A stretch of 63,318 nt of DNA, filler included, from Rhabdomonas costata (GCA_019059605.1; 50 parts of 50 records of this genome joined end to end with filler, not necessarily neighbours in it); one strand, 5' to 3'. Positions 38,120 to 51,702 are shown, counted from the whole stretch's first letter. Numbers and translations: made by a program. Notes: generated by a model not told the origin, from the sequence alone.

Positions 38120-39230
38120 ACCACGTCTCAACTCACCAAGAACCCCTCAACCCATCAACAAACACAAGCGTAGTAGAAGCACTGGTAACACACACCAACA
38201 GCATGAACCCCTCGACACCCAAAACCACCACACCCCTGAAATCCACGCAGCCTGAAACCCTCACACACTCCAAGACACAAGCACAGTACAGCCATGACAC
38301 AGAACAGCACAACACACCACCAGGCACCCTCCACAAACCCCAACTCCACGAAAACACGAACCCATGAACCCAACGTCACACGAACCCAGCAAGAACACAA
38401 CAAGCAAAGTACACAGCATCAATCCTACGCACAGACTACCACCCTCCAAAGAACCTGAGACGCAAAAACACGACACCATGAAATCCTGACACGTAGCTCC
38501 AACCCACAACATCAGCCCTACAACCACACAAGAAGCGCATAAACACACCATAAGCCCAAGTACTACGCATGACACCAAGATTAGCCCAGCACACACCCCT
38601 AGCAACACAAACCAACCCTCAGCCTCCAACACACCCTACGTCACACCACCACACAAGATTAGCCCAGCACACAACACTAACCCTACGCCTAGACACACTA
38701 CAAGCACTAACCCTACGAAGCAACACACCATTAGCCCAACGACACACCCTACGACAAACACGAGCACCGTAACACACCCTACGACACAAAAGAAGAGACA
38801 GAGGCACAAGAGCAGCACAAGCACAGCCAACAACAAGAAGCAGTAACCCAACGCACCAACAACCATCAGCCCAACAACCAGTAACATAACACACACGTAT
38901 ACAGTAAGAGTAACAACTACGGGTACAGAAGGAACCGGTACAGAAACAGAACCATATGGGTAAGAGGGAACATCGACAGCAACGCACAGAGAGTCCATAG
39001 CACCAACACCACCCATGATACCGTACACAACAACAGGAGACGTGAACACCAGCACCCATAACAGAGACTCGGCATGGTTGACGGAACCTGACACACACAC
39101 ACAGCACCACATGACACACCTGACACCAACCCTGACGCTGACACTGACCCTGACGCACCACCATGACCCAACGTAACCCTACCCACACCAACTACACCTC
39201 CTACGCCAACACCTCCTGACACAACACCCC
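38120..39230 (+). repeat. A/C-skewed low-complexity region (Thr/His/Pro-rich if translated)
   Basis: Recurrent ACACACCCTACG and ATTAGCCCAGCACAC units. The + strand frames contain stops. Confidence 0.6.
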
Positions 39231-40747
39231 NNNNNNNNNNNNNNNNNNNNNNNNNNNNNNNNNNNNNNNNNNNNTTAATTAATTAANNNNNNNNNNNNNN
39301 NNNNNNNNNNNNNNNNNNNNNNNNNNNNNNGGGTTTTGGGTTCACAGCACCTTTCTTCAGTTACCATTCTTCTCCCGGGTTTTCCGCTTATTGCGACAAG
39401 AAGCGGAAAACCCGGGAGAAGAATGGTAACTGAAGAAAGGTGCTGTGAACCCAAAAACAATTTCTAATTGAGGAACGATATCATGCATAGGAAAACTTGC
39501 ACAAGGTTTGGATGCCTTTGAAAGGGAGACATGGAGACAGATGGAGCGGACTGTGGTAAATGGTCTCCATTGTTGCCATTTTTGCCAGAAACTCGCGTTC
39601 TGTGCCCTCTACGTCCTTCCAAGTGCTTCGCGCAGTCAAGTCCATCCAGCAGGGCCGTCTGGATTGCCCCACTCATATGTTAGAGTGCCTCTGTGCAGGG
39701 CAGGCAACTGGCCAACCATCACAACAAAAGTATTAACGGAATAGTTGCTCGCCGGTTTTGTCCGCACCGACGTCATGGCCGACCTGCCCGCCTTGTCACT
39801 GCTCCAAAGCCGAAAGGCTGGGTCCGGTCTATCTTAAACGCCGTTGTACCCTATACAAGTGGAACTTTCCATGGTACCCTATATAGCATGCGGACTTATG
39901 GAATACCTTCAATTCCAATAAAAGGGACCGCATTCTCGGAGGACCGAGGCAGCGTTGCGTCCCCGGCAAGCCCGTGCCAATGCAAGGCGGAGTGGCCACT
40001 GTCTGCAGCAGGTGCCTTGCTTTGCCGCCATAGGCTTATCAACAAAGGGACAAAGCGACCTTCCCTGTCTGCCACAGAGCGCTGGCTCTCGCGTACCTTT
40101 TGCTGTTCGTCTTCTTCCTGCTTGCACGTCCGCCAATTTTCCCGGAGGATGCAGAGCGTGCACGGTATCCACCCCGGCTGCGGAGTCAAATAGCCCGTGG
40201 ACCACCTCGCCTGGCCGTTTGCTGCGGGGGTCCAGACTAGACTGAGACTCGAGATCGACCAGCCCACCTTGAGGCAGGTCCGCTAGCTCGTTACGGATAT
40301 CGTTGTTTTTACAGACCGAGGCATGACAGAGCATGGTCTCCGATGCTCTCATCTGCACGCCGCAGCGCCGGTGCGTGTCACAAGGGGGTAAAGGAATGCC
40401 TACACTGATCTCCATGCTGCAACTCTGGAGACCAGAGTTCTCTGACATCAGGGTTGCAATGTCAGTTACGCAGTGGGAGGAGCAGAGGTCTCTGAGCTNN
40501 NNNNNNNNNNNNNNNNNNNNNNNNNNNNNNNNNNNNNNNNNNTTAATTAATTAANNNNNNNNNNNNNNNNNNNNNNNNNNNNNNNNNNNNNNNNNNNNGG
40601 TGACCATTCTTGAGAGTCTGGATTTTCCCCATGACAACTTTCCCACCACCGTGAGAGTCCGCACTTTGGGTTGGCACCTCTTCTGGTGCAAAGATCGGTC
40701 AGTGATGGAGTGAAGTGAGAGTGGAAGAAGGGGACGGCTGCAGGGAC

Positions 40748-40882
40748 CTGCACTGCGTGGGCAATCACCCCGGACTCTCGAAGGGTCTTCACCATGTCAA
40801 CAATCGCTGTGGGGGCCTGCCTCCACTCGAGCTTCTTTGCCTGCGCCACGGCAATGTCGAAGGGGGTGCGCCCCGAGGAGTC
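40748..40882 (-). CDS. Ankyrin-repeat protein exon
   Basis: AG/GT-bounded 45 codons starting DSSGRTPFDIAV, the ankyrin DxxGxTPxxxA motif. Confidence 0.7.
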
Positions 40883-42027
40883 CTATGAGTGCACCCACAC
40901 AAAAGACAAGGAATGCACATCTGTCTGAAGAGGCGAAGCGGAGTGGAGTGCTTATTTAAATCAAATCAACAGCGACACACACATGTACCACAAAAGCCCA
41001 CTCGTTAAGATGCGCATTCAAATGAGTAAAGAGGGGCAGAGGTGACACAAAACGGCACTCCAAAAACCAAGATACTGTGGCAGGCAGAACGCAAGACAGA
41101 AGACACAAAAATCTCTCTGAACGAAAAGCGCAAGGAAAAATTAAGCAACAGCATTGTTTCTATATTTGACAATTGCACAGGGCATGCCCGCACAAACGGG
41201 GTGCCAAGAGAACGGTCGGGATGGCGCACCCCGCAATCCTCACGAAAAATGTAAATACTATTGTGTCTAGTTTGCCTAAACAAGAAACGTCAAGCAACCA
41301 GGCCGCGGTGGTGAAGGGCGGGCAGCTCGTGCGGCACGCAGAACGGTCTCCAAAGTGTGCAATAATCAGGACATGAGACGTGGGCGGCAGTTGGGAACGG
41401 AAAGTAAAGTTCACACAGTGAGTGAAAAGAGAAAGGAAACGCTGTCAAGGCTGCATCCGCACATATGGAGCCCGGAGAAAACGAGACGTATTTATAAAGA
41501 GAATCGTTTGACCTCCTCTCAAGGAAAGAAAACAAGATACACAGAGAGAACAAACCGCCGGAGGACTCAAGCAGCAGCGGGACAACCCGTCATAGAAGCA
41601 GACGGGGAGAAAATGAAGCAACAGCATTGTTTCTATAGTTGACAATTATACAGAATGCAACCAGCCCAATCACATTAGTAGTTTTTTACCCTTTCCTCTT
41701 TGCTGTGCAGGGCGGTTCTCCCTTCCATGTCCTAAAAAACACAGACACAGTGAAGGATACACCAACCNNNNNNNNNNNNNNNNNNNNNNNNNNNNNNNNN
41801 NNNNNNNNNNNTTAATTAATTAANNNNNNNNNNNNNNNNNNNNNNNNNNNNNNNNNNNNNNNNNNNNTGTGGGGGGTTCTGTAAACCCAGGTTAACACAG
41901 GCATCCCAGGAGGAAAATGCGTTAACCTGGGTTTACAGAACCTTCCATGCCAGACAAGGTGCCGCCGACCCGCGGCAGGACCCAGGTATACGTCAAGGCG
42001 TCAGGGGGACCTGCTCGCCGAGTTGTT

Positions 42028-43036
42028 CGAGCGCGGAGCGTTCGGAGCCCGTAAATAGGACGCTAAACGCGCCACCCAGGTATATACGTTCCGAGGGGGA
42101 CACGAACCCTGTGAGACAATGGAGAGTAATGCGAGGCATCCAGTGAGAAGGTGGTGAGGCCAGATGGGCCCACGCCCCATCGATGGTGGGGATCCCATGA
42201 AGGAAAAGTGTGCCGGATTAGGACCTCGGCGGGTGAACGGCACCGGGGCACTTAGGCACTTAGAGGATTTTGGGGAGGGGTGACCCCAAAGAAAGATTAA
42301 CAATCAAATCAAAATATGTAATTTGGTTTCAGGACGAAATCAACCCACACACACCTATTAAGAACACACAAAAATATAAAGAAAACCCCAATTTTCTTGG
42401 GGCTTTGCCCCGTGGTTCCCCTTCTCTCTAGTTCATTTGGGCCCGGAAGGGCCTTGGAAAAAACGAAGTCAAGGCTACAAAAACGGTGACCACCAAAAGG
42501 GTGCACAGCGTACCACAGAGCACGAAGCACAGCCAAGGATCAAAAAGGAGCATCTTTGGCATTGAAATTACCGCGCCGGTCCCACCATACCCCGGTGGTC
42601 TGGAATCCTTTGCCCCAAGGGGCTTGACATTCCATACCGCAGGCAACTTGTGCCCGACTGGCTTGTTGCGGCCCTTTTTCCTGCTTGCATTTTGCTCCCG
42701 CCGCCTGGAATGAAGAGTGGCATCCTCCCATTGGCGCCGCTCCGGGGGATTTTATCCCGATCACTTGTTGGGGTTTGGGGCAACCGTACCCATCCCCCGG
42801 TCTTCGTTTCCGGGTTTCTGGGCGCAGCGGCCCTTCCGGTAGCCAGTTGCCAAGGCGTTTCTTCCAAAAAGAAACGCTGATCTTATCTGCCTCTCACCTT
42901 TGTAACGGATTAGGACCTCAGCGGGTGAACGGCACACCGCCTCAGAGGGTTTGGGGGAAGGGTGACCCGAAGAAAGATTAACAATCAAAATCTAATTTGG
43001 TTTCAGGACAAATCAACCCACACACACTATTTAGAA
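42028..43036 (+). repeat. Repeat family B copy 2 (42028-42212) followed by diverged direct repeats at 42214-42364 and 42906-43036
   Basis: The direct repeats begin CGGATTAGGACCTC.GCGGGTGAACGGCAC and are 692 bp apart. Confidence 0.8.
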
Positions 43037-43136
43037 NNNNNNNNNNNNNNNNNNNNNNNNNNNNNNNNNNNNNNNNNNNNTTAATTAATTAANNNNNNNN
43101 NNNNNNNNNNNNNNNNNNNNNNNNNNNNNNNNNNNN

Positions 43137-43857
43137 TTGTGCTGCGGCGGCGCAGCCGCAAGCTGTACACCTACGCTGGGATGGAGGCCCAGCTGTACAG
43201 CCTGCAGGACCTGGACAACTTCCCGACCTTCTTCTACACTGGGCGGTACCCTGAGGCCCCCTGTGTGCTGGACGTCCTGGCGAGGTACACCTGGAACAGC
43301 CGCTTGAAAGAGCAGCTCCGGGTACCAATTTCGGCCAGCACGCATGCACACGCACACACACACACACCTATTGCCAGTGGTCACCAACAACCAAGCAACG
43401 AGGCAACCATGCAACAGCCAGCGCGCAATGCACCCAACACACACACACGCACACACACCAGCACAACTTTCAGACAGCCCTATATGGCTGAAAGAAACGA
43501 GGCCCGAAGTCAGAGGTCAGGGTTGGTACGGGGCGGGCTTAAACAGAGATTATTTTGCGGCATTTCCAATCATAGCATTGGTGCAGACTGCTCGTGAGCG
43601 CAGACAAGGCATGCCATGTCTTGCTGTGCGCAAACCAGCTCAAAGATGGAACGAATTCCTCGTCATTTCGCTCCGTGCAGATCTTGGACCACCCTGTGAT
43701 CGCCCTTCTGCTGGAGAAGAAGTGGGTCTTCCTGGCCCAACCCGTTTTCCGGGGCCAGTTTGTGCTCGCCTTGGTGCACACTGCGGTGCTCACGGCGGCC
43801 TTCGTGACGCACCGCGTTGCTCGATACACTCCGGTGGACTTCATCTTAATGATCGGG
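43137..43857 (+). CDS. TRPV-like cation channel, linker/pre-S1/S1 region; exons <43137-43321, 43681-43857
   Basis: LYTYAGMEAQLYSLQDLD...VLDVLA...LR-ILDHPVIALLLEKKW followed by a hydrophobic helix parallels TRPV5/6 WTYG..LYDL.EID...LLELI...ILDQTPVKELVSLKW. Confidence 0.75.
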
Positions 43858-46800
43858 GTGTGCAATACGCGCATCTGCCTCTCTGCCTGTGCCTTTCTGA
43901 GTTCCGAGTTCAAGCCCCCCTGCTACGAATATGACCGATAGTCATAGGCATGTCATGTCTTAACTGAAGTTAACTCCCGGGAGGATCCCACTTTCGGTTC
44001 AGTGTCAAAATCATCCCGAGTGAATAATTTTCCCGTGTTTTTTTTTTTGCACTTCAGTACTTACCCACCACCACCACCCTTCCGAAGAAAAAAGTATCGG
44101 GTATGACATCATCCAAAGGGAGGGATTCATGATTTTACGGCTTAACATGCTATAGTTCTCAGCTCAGAAACCTTCACCCTCTATGCTTCAAACCCTCTAT
44201 GCTCTAAACCCACACCCTCACCCTCTATGCTTTCCGTCTCCGTTTTCTTTTTATTGCTTCAGCTATTTTTCAAAATCTGACCAACCCACCAAACACACCC
44301 ACAANNNNNNNNNNNNNNNNNNNNNNNNNNNNNNNNNNNNNNNNNNNNTTAATTAATTAANNNNNNNNNNNNNNNNNNNNNNNNNNNNNNNNNNNNNNNN
44401 NNNNCGGTGAACCGATCATTTGGAGGGGGGGTGTCAACCCGTATCGGAAAGAAAAAAATGGGAAGGAGAAGCGACGATGAAACAACGAAGGAGGAGGGCC
44501 ACCACCTCTCAGGGGATGGTATGTTCAAAGCCGTGGGCGGCTAAGTAAACGTACACCTGCGTGCAGCTACCGTGTTGAGACGCAAAGGGCTACACAGCGC
44601 CAGACGAGGGTGGCAGTTGTTGTGGAGGAGGTGGAGGAGGAGAATGCTGCGGATGCATCTATTGCAGTCCCGGATTAATGTTCCTGACGGTCCAAATGCG
44701 CGTTGAACTAGGACACCAGCCCTGAGCTGAGTGGAACGCCATGCCAGCCCAGGATGTGTCGCCATCACACGGAAAAGAAAAATTAAAACTAAATCTCAAG
44801 GGAAAACAAACAATCCAGAGCGGAGGAGATGTAACCCCCCCAGAACCCCACCCCACGCACTTTCAGCACAACAGGCTGTCCCTGAACGAGGCCCGAACAG
44901 GAATTTCAATTCATGTTCGTGCAGGAATAAAGCGCACCACCGAAAAAAGATGCAAGGTGCAAATGCACAGAAAATACCCTAACGTGCACTGTGAGAGGCA
45001 CACAGCGCGAACACCATCATGGCAACCCCCCACACCAGACATGTCATGCAGTGCCCTTTCCAGTCAGGGTCTCCGAGCCACCGGTGGAGGTGGTTGGAAC
45101 GGTCGTGGGGTGACCCAGCAGCTCGCGCGCACGGGGCTTTGCTTCAGCGGCGTTGTCTGAGAAAGCGTAATTCCGCATTTACATCAGTTCATCCCATTCC
45201 ATGGCAAACGGCGGTTTCAGAAATCGCATCGTGCAGCTTGAAAAACTCAAAAAGATCCTCCAAATTATTGCCTTTCTCACAGACCCTGAGCACTCTGTGC
45301 GTTGCCACCGACAAATGTAGATAGTAGGTGGATAAGGAAGAATTGGTTTATTATTATTGTTTAGTTTTTGTGTGTTAAATGTGAAGCCCGTTCATCGGAA
45401 CAAGTTTTTTCTTCATGTTTTTTATTTTCGGAGCACGAACGCAGCAAGAACATGTACCGATATGCACATAACGCGGTTATGTATTCAGTGTCAGTGCCCC
45501 CACATACTGATTTCTTCACTTTCTACCGTTTAACGGCGTTAAACGCCCCACACCCACCAAACACACCAACACNNNNNNNNNNNNNNNNNNNNNNNNNNNN
45601 NNNNNNNNNNNNNNNNTTAATTAATTAANNNNNNNNNNNNNNNNNNNNNNNNNNNNNNNNNNNNNNNNNNNNAGACCTGCAGTTTCACGAAGAAGCAAAG
45701 CTCTATGGAGGATGATGGAAGACGCACGAACTTCATTTTCGCCACCATGACCAACACACACTTTCATAAGAGAAAGGGAGGCTTTTCAATATTACACAAT
45801 CCCATTCCCCATCCCTTTTAGAGAAGAGGTCGTTTTGTGGTCAGTGAAACGCAGATGCGGAGAGGTGCAGATGCGTAGTTGCATGTGCCTGTGTTCCTGT
45901 TAGTTGGTTGGTTAGTAGTTAGGGTAGGTATGTGAGCAAGGGAACCGCCTACCGTTGCTGCAGCGGTCCACTGGGATAGCGGCTGAAAGTCGCCGGGTGG
46001 GAAGTGCCCGGTATAAGGCGGGCAGGTGGTGCCACTCTCCGCACTGTAGAAGGGCGGTGACGGAATATGCAGCAGGGTGGGCGCTGGAGAGGGGAGACAG
46101 GAGCCCCCGTTCCCGCCGAGGTCAGTGGAAAAGCTGAGGAGTTTGGGAAGACGGCACCACACGTCACAAATGAATCGCAAACCCCTGACGGAGCCCTTGC
46201 ATAGAAAAGGCGCATAAGGGACATTAATCGTCCATTAGGAGAGGCTCCCCCCGGCGTGGTTTACCTGGTCCCCTAAAAGTCGTTTGGAGAGTGCCGGCAC
46301 GTTTCACCTAAACTGACCCCATTTCCGACCCTTTTCAAGGGCCTTTGAGAGGCAAAAGGGCTGTTTTAAAGGCAAAAGATGGCTAAAAGCTGAGTAAAAG
46401 ACCTCAAAACGGCTCCCATCGGCGTAAAAATGCGTTTTCGGCTCCCCCGGCCTCAAAAACGCCAAGCTGGGTCGATTTTCACTCCGGTGACCCCATTTTC
46501 GACCTATGCCAGTGGACCTCGGTGGTCCTCGTTGTAGGGCTCAAAAAGTGGTCATTCTGAAGTGTGTGATTGTTTTCGAGTTTCCACACACGCGAGCGCG
46601 CGCGAAGACAAGAAAACCAAAGGGGGACTTCTTCAGCGAAACAAACCTGCACATGACAGCAGTGAAGAGCGTCAGGCGCAGTCGGTTTCTGTCCCCGGTC
46701 CACACACAAGAACTATACAAAATACGGTCACCCCTTTCCCCCGCCCGACCTCCTCACTGAAACCTATTCACGTCCACCGCCTCAAGGCGGGAGCTTTTCA

Positions 46801-48077
46801 CAGTGCCTCATCACGGCTGTCTCACAGCTGCCCGCCGGACNNNNNNNNNNNNNNNNNNNNNNNNNNNNNNNNNNNNNNNNNNNNTTAATTAATTAANNNN
46901 NNNNNNNNNNNNNNNNNNNNNNNNNNNNNNNNNNNNNNNNGGGTTGTGGTGACTGCGTCCGCTTCTCTGGCTCCCCCATCGCCCTTCAATTGCAGGGAAA
47001 GGCCAAACAGGGGTCTGTTTTGCACGAGCGGGCTGACAAGAATGGCCACAACGGCAACCGTAGCTATGATGCGTGCACAGTAGGCCACCACTGACATCCC
47101 CGGAAAAAAATAAAAGCTGCTGAAGAGACACGTTGCAAACGCACGGCCCGATAAGTGCAGTCAGGTTTTAATATAAACACCAAAATGTTCTCACGTTCAA
47201 CAGTTTCTGCAAACCACATGAAAAAGTCAGGAGACCCTGAACAGTTGTTCACACATCGACAAACACAGCATCACAAAAAACAAGGTTCTGGAGTGCACTG
47301 AGCTGATTGCTCTTCAAAACCCAAAGCAGCCTTCCACCCGGCTGGCACATGGACGAAGCCCCAAACTCCGAGCACCCTCTTCTCCGACCCTCCTACCTAA
47401 AATGTTATCACAATTTTTCAGAAGTTGTGCCAAGAGCAAAGCCAGAACAATATTCCAGCTGTGATATAAAACAAACCCAGCACCACTGACCTAGTTTCCT
47501 AATTTCCTTCCCCCCCCCTCTCTCTCGAAACTTCCGCAATTATCAAAATGACCCCGTTACGGGTCTCAGGCTCCAAAAAGAAACGGAGCAATCGTGCCGA
47601 AATCGACATCACCTCCTTAGACTGCAGGACATTGCTTGGGCCGAATTAGCTGCAGGTCCAGGAATTTCAGTAACGTGATTCTCGGATTCCTAGCTGAACT
47701 CTCTCTGGCTTTGAAAAGAACTCTCTCTTAACTGCTTTCCAGCAGAGGACGCCGACCAGATGCATAGTGCCTGGCGAACCCATATCTGATGGGCAGATCG
47801 CACTATCAAATCCGCCGTCCAGTTGGAGGTCCAGTTGCACCGCAAACAGAGAAAGATCCAAAAACAACAGGTAGGAAGTGCCACAGTCCCAGCACAGCTT
47901 CCACGTTCCGGAGCCATTGCACTCAAAGGGACCAAACCTTATAAACGAAAAATAAAGAATAAGTTAGACTACAAGGCCTTTTCCCAAAAAGGACGCCACG
48001 GAAGCAAATCTCTGCGAGATCCATCGACAACAAAAAACATGCAGATTCGTTTAGAAACGAAGACCCCACCCAACACA

Positions 48078-48106
48078 ACAGCAACAGCAACAGCAACAGC
48101 AACAAC
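48078..48106 (+). repeat. (ACAGCA)n microsatellite
   Basis: Hexamer tandem array at the contig end. Confidence 0.8.
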
Positions 48107-48508
48107 AACAANNNNNNNNNNNNNNNNNNNNNNNNNNNNNNNNNNNNNNNNNNNNTTAATTAATTAANNNNNNNNNNNNNNNNNNNNNNNNNNNNNNNNN
48201 NNNNNNNNNNNGGGGGTGTGGGGGTGTGTTTGGTTTGGGTGGTGAGTTTTTTATGCATTGTTTGTGGGTTACTTTCAAGGGGACCCCGATGGCTTACCGG
48301 CGAAGACTCTCATGAGACTTCATACGGGTAGCATCATCTCCAAGCCTTTTGGTGTGTTGTTGCGGTGGGCCGAATTTTTCTCTTTTCTTTTTAAAAAGAA
48401 CAGCAAGCTGCAAAGCCCGCTGCAAAGTCCCCACTGCAGTGGGATGACTTTGGGGTTTGGAGTTTAGTTCTGCTTGTCTGCCTTCTCTTTCGCTCCCTTT
48501 TCCAAAAG

Positions 48509-48632
48509 GCTCTGTCTGGCCTGTGGTCGTGGCTATTCTGGGCGTTTCTTTTGTTTTGGCTGGAGTCCTGATGAGCAATTACTGCAGATCCTCTGGGCCC
48601 AGCAGCCCGAGGCCTCGAACTGTTCGGCAGTG
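48509..48632 (+). CDS. Exon encoding a single transmembrane helix
   Basis: Bounded by AAG and GTGTGC; encodes SVWPVVVAILGVSFVLAGVLMSNYCR. Confidence 0.5.
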
Positions 48633-51127
48633 GTGTGCGCTCGAAAGGGACAGCTTTTGATTTTCGATTGTTTGTCACATTTTGCAAGTTTTTTATGGGG
48701 AAGTTCTGGAAATTTCCACATGTGCAGGCACCGAGCTCTTGCCTCCGTGACAGTGTTGCCCCTTCTTGTGAGCTTCGCAAGTGGTGGTGCCTACCGGTTT
48801 TGTCGGCGAGCTCTGGGACTTTCCAAGGTTTTGTCGGTCGCTTTCTGATTTCTCTATGCTCTGCTTCGTTTCTCGGCATGGAAAGTGTTTGTGCATTTGC
48901 GTGTGTGGGAGGGGGGGGCATTTCGGGCAAACCAGTCTCCAAACAGTTCGGCAGTGCATGTCCCACTTCCTCCGTTGGGGCTGCGGGAGGGTGCCTGGCC
49001 CCCAGAGCCGCAGAGTCTTCTCGCCCACAAAGCCATCGGCAATCCCGTGCGAAGCATCGCAAGCAGACAAGCAGCCACGGCCAAGGGAAACACAGCGGAG
49101 GGGAGCCCAAGTAATGAGCCGGAGTGCAACTGGAGCAGCCATCCGACTTCCGACTGAGTTCAAACAAAGCAAAACAAAACCTGACGGCAAACTGGGCCCC
49201 CGTTATTCCTGGGACCTTCCTCATTTCTCGATTACGTATCAAGGAGTACAAAAGGCCCCCAGCTGTCTGAGCAAATGCACCCAAAAAACCTCCTCACGCC
49301 TATTTCATACACAGAGATACCCGCTTGTACCCCAATCCCAGTCCAGTCCAATACCCAATACAAGCATGCGCCAAAAAAANNNNNNNNNNNNNNNNNNNNN
49401 NNNNNNNNNNNNNNNNNNNNNNNTTAATTAATTAANNNNNNNNNNNNNNNNNNNNNNNNNNNNNNNNNNNNNNNNNNNNTGTGTGTGTGAAACCCACGAT
49501 ACAATTCACGAATGCAGAGGAAGAGAGAAAAAGCACGGTGTACGCACATTTTGGCGAAGCTCTGTATATAAGCACTCAGCGTGCTCACGGGACGCGGAGA
49601 CCAAAGAAGCGTAACGCAAACCTCCATCGAAATGCGCAGAATGAGCCGAAAGCATGACAAAAACGTTTACCTGTGGTGTCACTTTCACTCATTATCAGGT
49701 TGTAGCACCGTTGAAAGTCCGGAAAGCATGCAGGGTATGATGGGATGGTATAGCATCCGTCGAAGTATGTACAAACGATGTGCAAAAAGGGGCTTTGTGT
49801 AAACACCAAAAGCTGAACTATTACACCAACCATGTCCCCGACGATGCGGTTTCCCTGGCAGCGACATCCATGGAATACCTGAGCTTGTACCCTGTAACTT
49901 GAGCTTGTACCGCGGTTACGTGCGATGCCACACCCTGGACAGGGCGTCTCGCAAAGACCACGGTACGCCGGGCAACACCCAGAAACGTGGGGGTGTCTCC
50001 ACGGGGACCTCCCGGACATAGATCTGTGGGCAGGGCAGCGCAGAGGTGTCCGGAAAGTAGAAGGCCAGCACCATCGAGTCCACAAAGGACTCCTCTTCAG
50101 GCGATAGCTCTTCGGTTGGAGCAGGCTTTTCGAGGTTCCCCTCCACATCGGGTCGCGGAGGGGGCAGCAGAGGGGATGGGCGACGCCTGGTATAAAAACC
50201 GCGGTGAGGCATTTTTCAACTGCAACAGAAAAGTCGACAGCTGTGGTCAGCGGGAGAGGCCATCCGGAGGAACGCGTCACCAGCTGCATGAAACTCGAAC
50301 GTCTCGGAGGTGTACAAAAGTACCAGGTAATGTGTTGGTAACACGCACACGGACCAAAAGGACGACACCACCACAAACTTAATTTAAGAGAGGCCATCCC
50401 CTTCAACCCCTTCACTAAATGCACAAAAGTGTCTCGGAGGCAAAAGTACAAACAAATGCGTTGGTATCGCACTGCCTGCTGCCTGAGGAAAAGGTCATTG
50501 ATTTATCGCCGCACTTCACAACTTCACAGAGATAATTTAAATGCTGTCGCCGTAAGCACAGCGTGTGATCCGGCAGTGGTGCCTTGGGATATTCGTCATC
50601 ATGTTCTTCTTCTACACCAAATTCTTTTGATCACCAACCCCACCNNNNNNNNNNNNNNNNNNNNNNNNNNNNNNNNNNNNNNNNNNNNTTAATTAATTAA
50701 NNNNNNNNNNNNNNNNNNNNNNNNNNNNNNNNNNNNNNNNNNNNTTTGTTGTTCGAAACGAATTCTCTTTTCACATAAACTTTTCAAATAAAAAGCTACC
50801 TTACGCGCTTTATGTGAAAAGTTTATGTGAAAAGAGAATTCGTTTCGAACAACAAAGCAACAAAGAAACCGTGGACAGAGAAATAAACACCTGTCTTTCT
50901 TCGTTTTGCACATTTATTATTGAGCTCGGAAATGCTCCATACACATTTCTCAGTTTTGAAGTGAAGCGGACAAATAAACGCTGCTCCAATCCAGAGAAAT
51001 AACACAGCCTCATTGTTTGAAGTGATCGAAGGGTGCAATGAAGTGCGCAGAAGATGTCTCTGGAACCCCTTCCAGTTGGGGAGAAAATGGACAGCGATAA
51101 GTTGTCAGGGTCGGGGGGCAGACAAAC

Positions 51128-51702
51128 CTCCGCCGAAACGGATGCTGTGATCTCTTCCATAGCCTCGCGAAGCACCTTCTGGGCATCCGAAAAGTTCTGC
51201 GGCTCGGCCAGTTCCCGGGCACGTTGGAAAACCTATGCGTCCATGTCGCCAGGGAACGACCCATTGGTATACGGAAGTACCGAAGAAGCACATCCGTTTG
51301 GCAGACCGACTCCGAGGGAGGCCCTTGTTGAAAACAGCCACCCCACAACGCATCCACAGAGTGTATAAATTGTCCAGCAACCCTCTTCATCCAGAAAGCA
51401 ACAAAAAACGGCAGAAAAGTCGAAAAGACCCCCACACGCATACGCGGAATCCCAGCACGCGAGCAGCTTCGCCACTTACCAAGGGGGCAGGGGAAGGGAA
51501 ACTCTTTCCGGGCATACCGAGGCCACCAGAAGCCGGTTGCGCTGCCGGCTGATCAGAGGGTCGGGCCCCGCGCCCCGCCCCGCAGCACCGTCGTGTTGCC
51601 CTCGCCTCAAAGCCATAACGGCCTCCGCAGTGGCCATCGCGCTGCTGGGCACACTGTAGTAGCTCAAACTGACCTTCGCCACCGCAAACCGCTCAATTGG
51701 GC
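51128..51702 (-). CDS. C-terminal region of a VWA-domain protein (WAV3/Vwaint-associated type); exons 51702-51518, 51232-51128
   Basis: Spliced product ...ISRQRNRLLVAS-VFQRARELAEPQNFSDAQKVLREAMEEITASVSAE resembles the RQRNRL..A..AR..AE helix that follows VWA domains. GT-AG sites are in frame. Confidence 0.65.

Noticed and set aside
48391-50472. Long ORFs 48391-49284 and 49585-50472 and most other six-frame ORFs
   Set aside because: They show no motifs or coding-like composition and are expected by chance in GC-rich intronic or repeat DNA.
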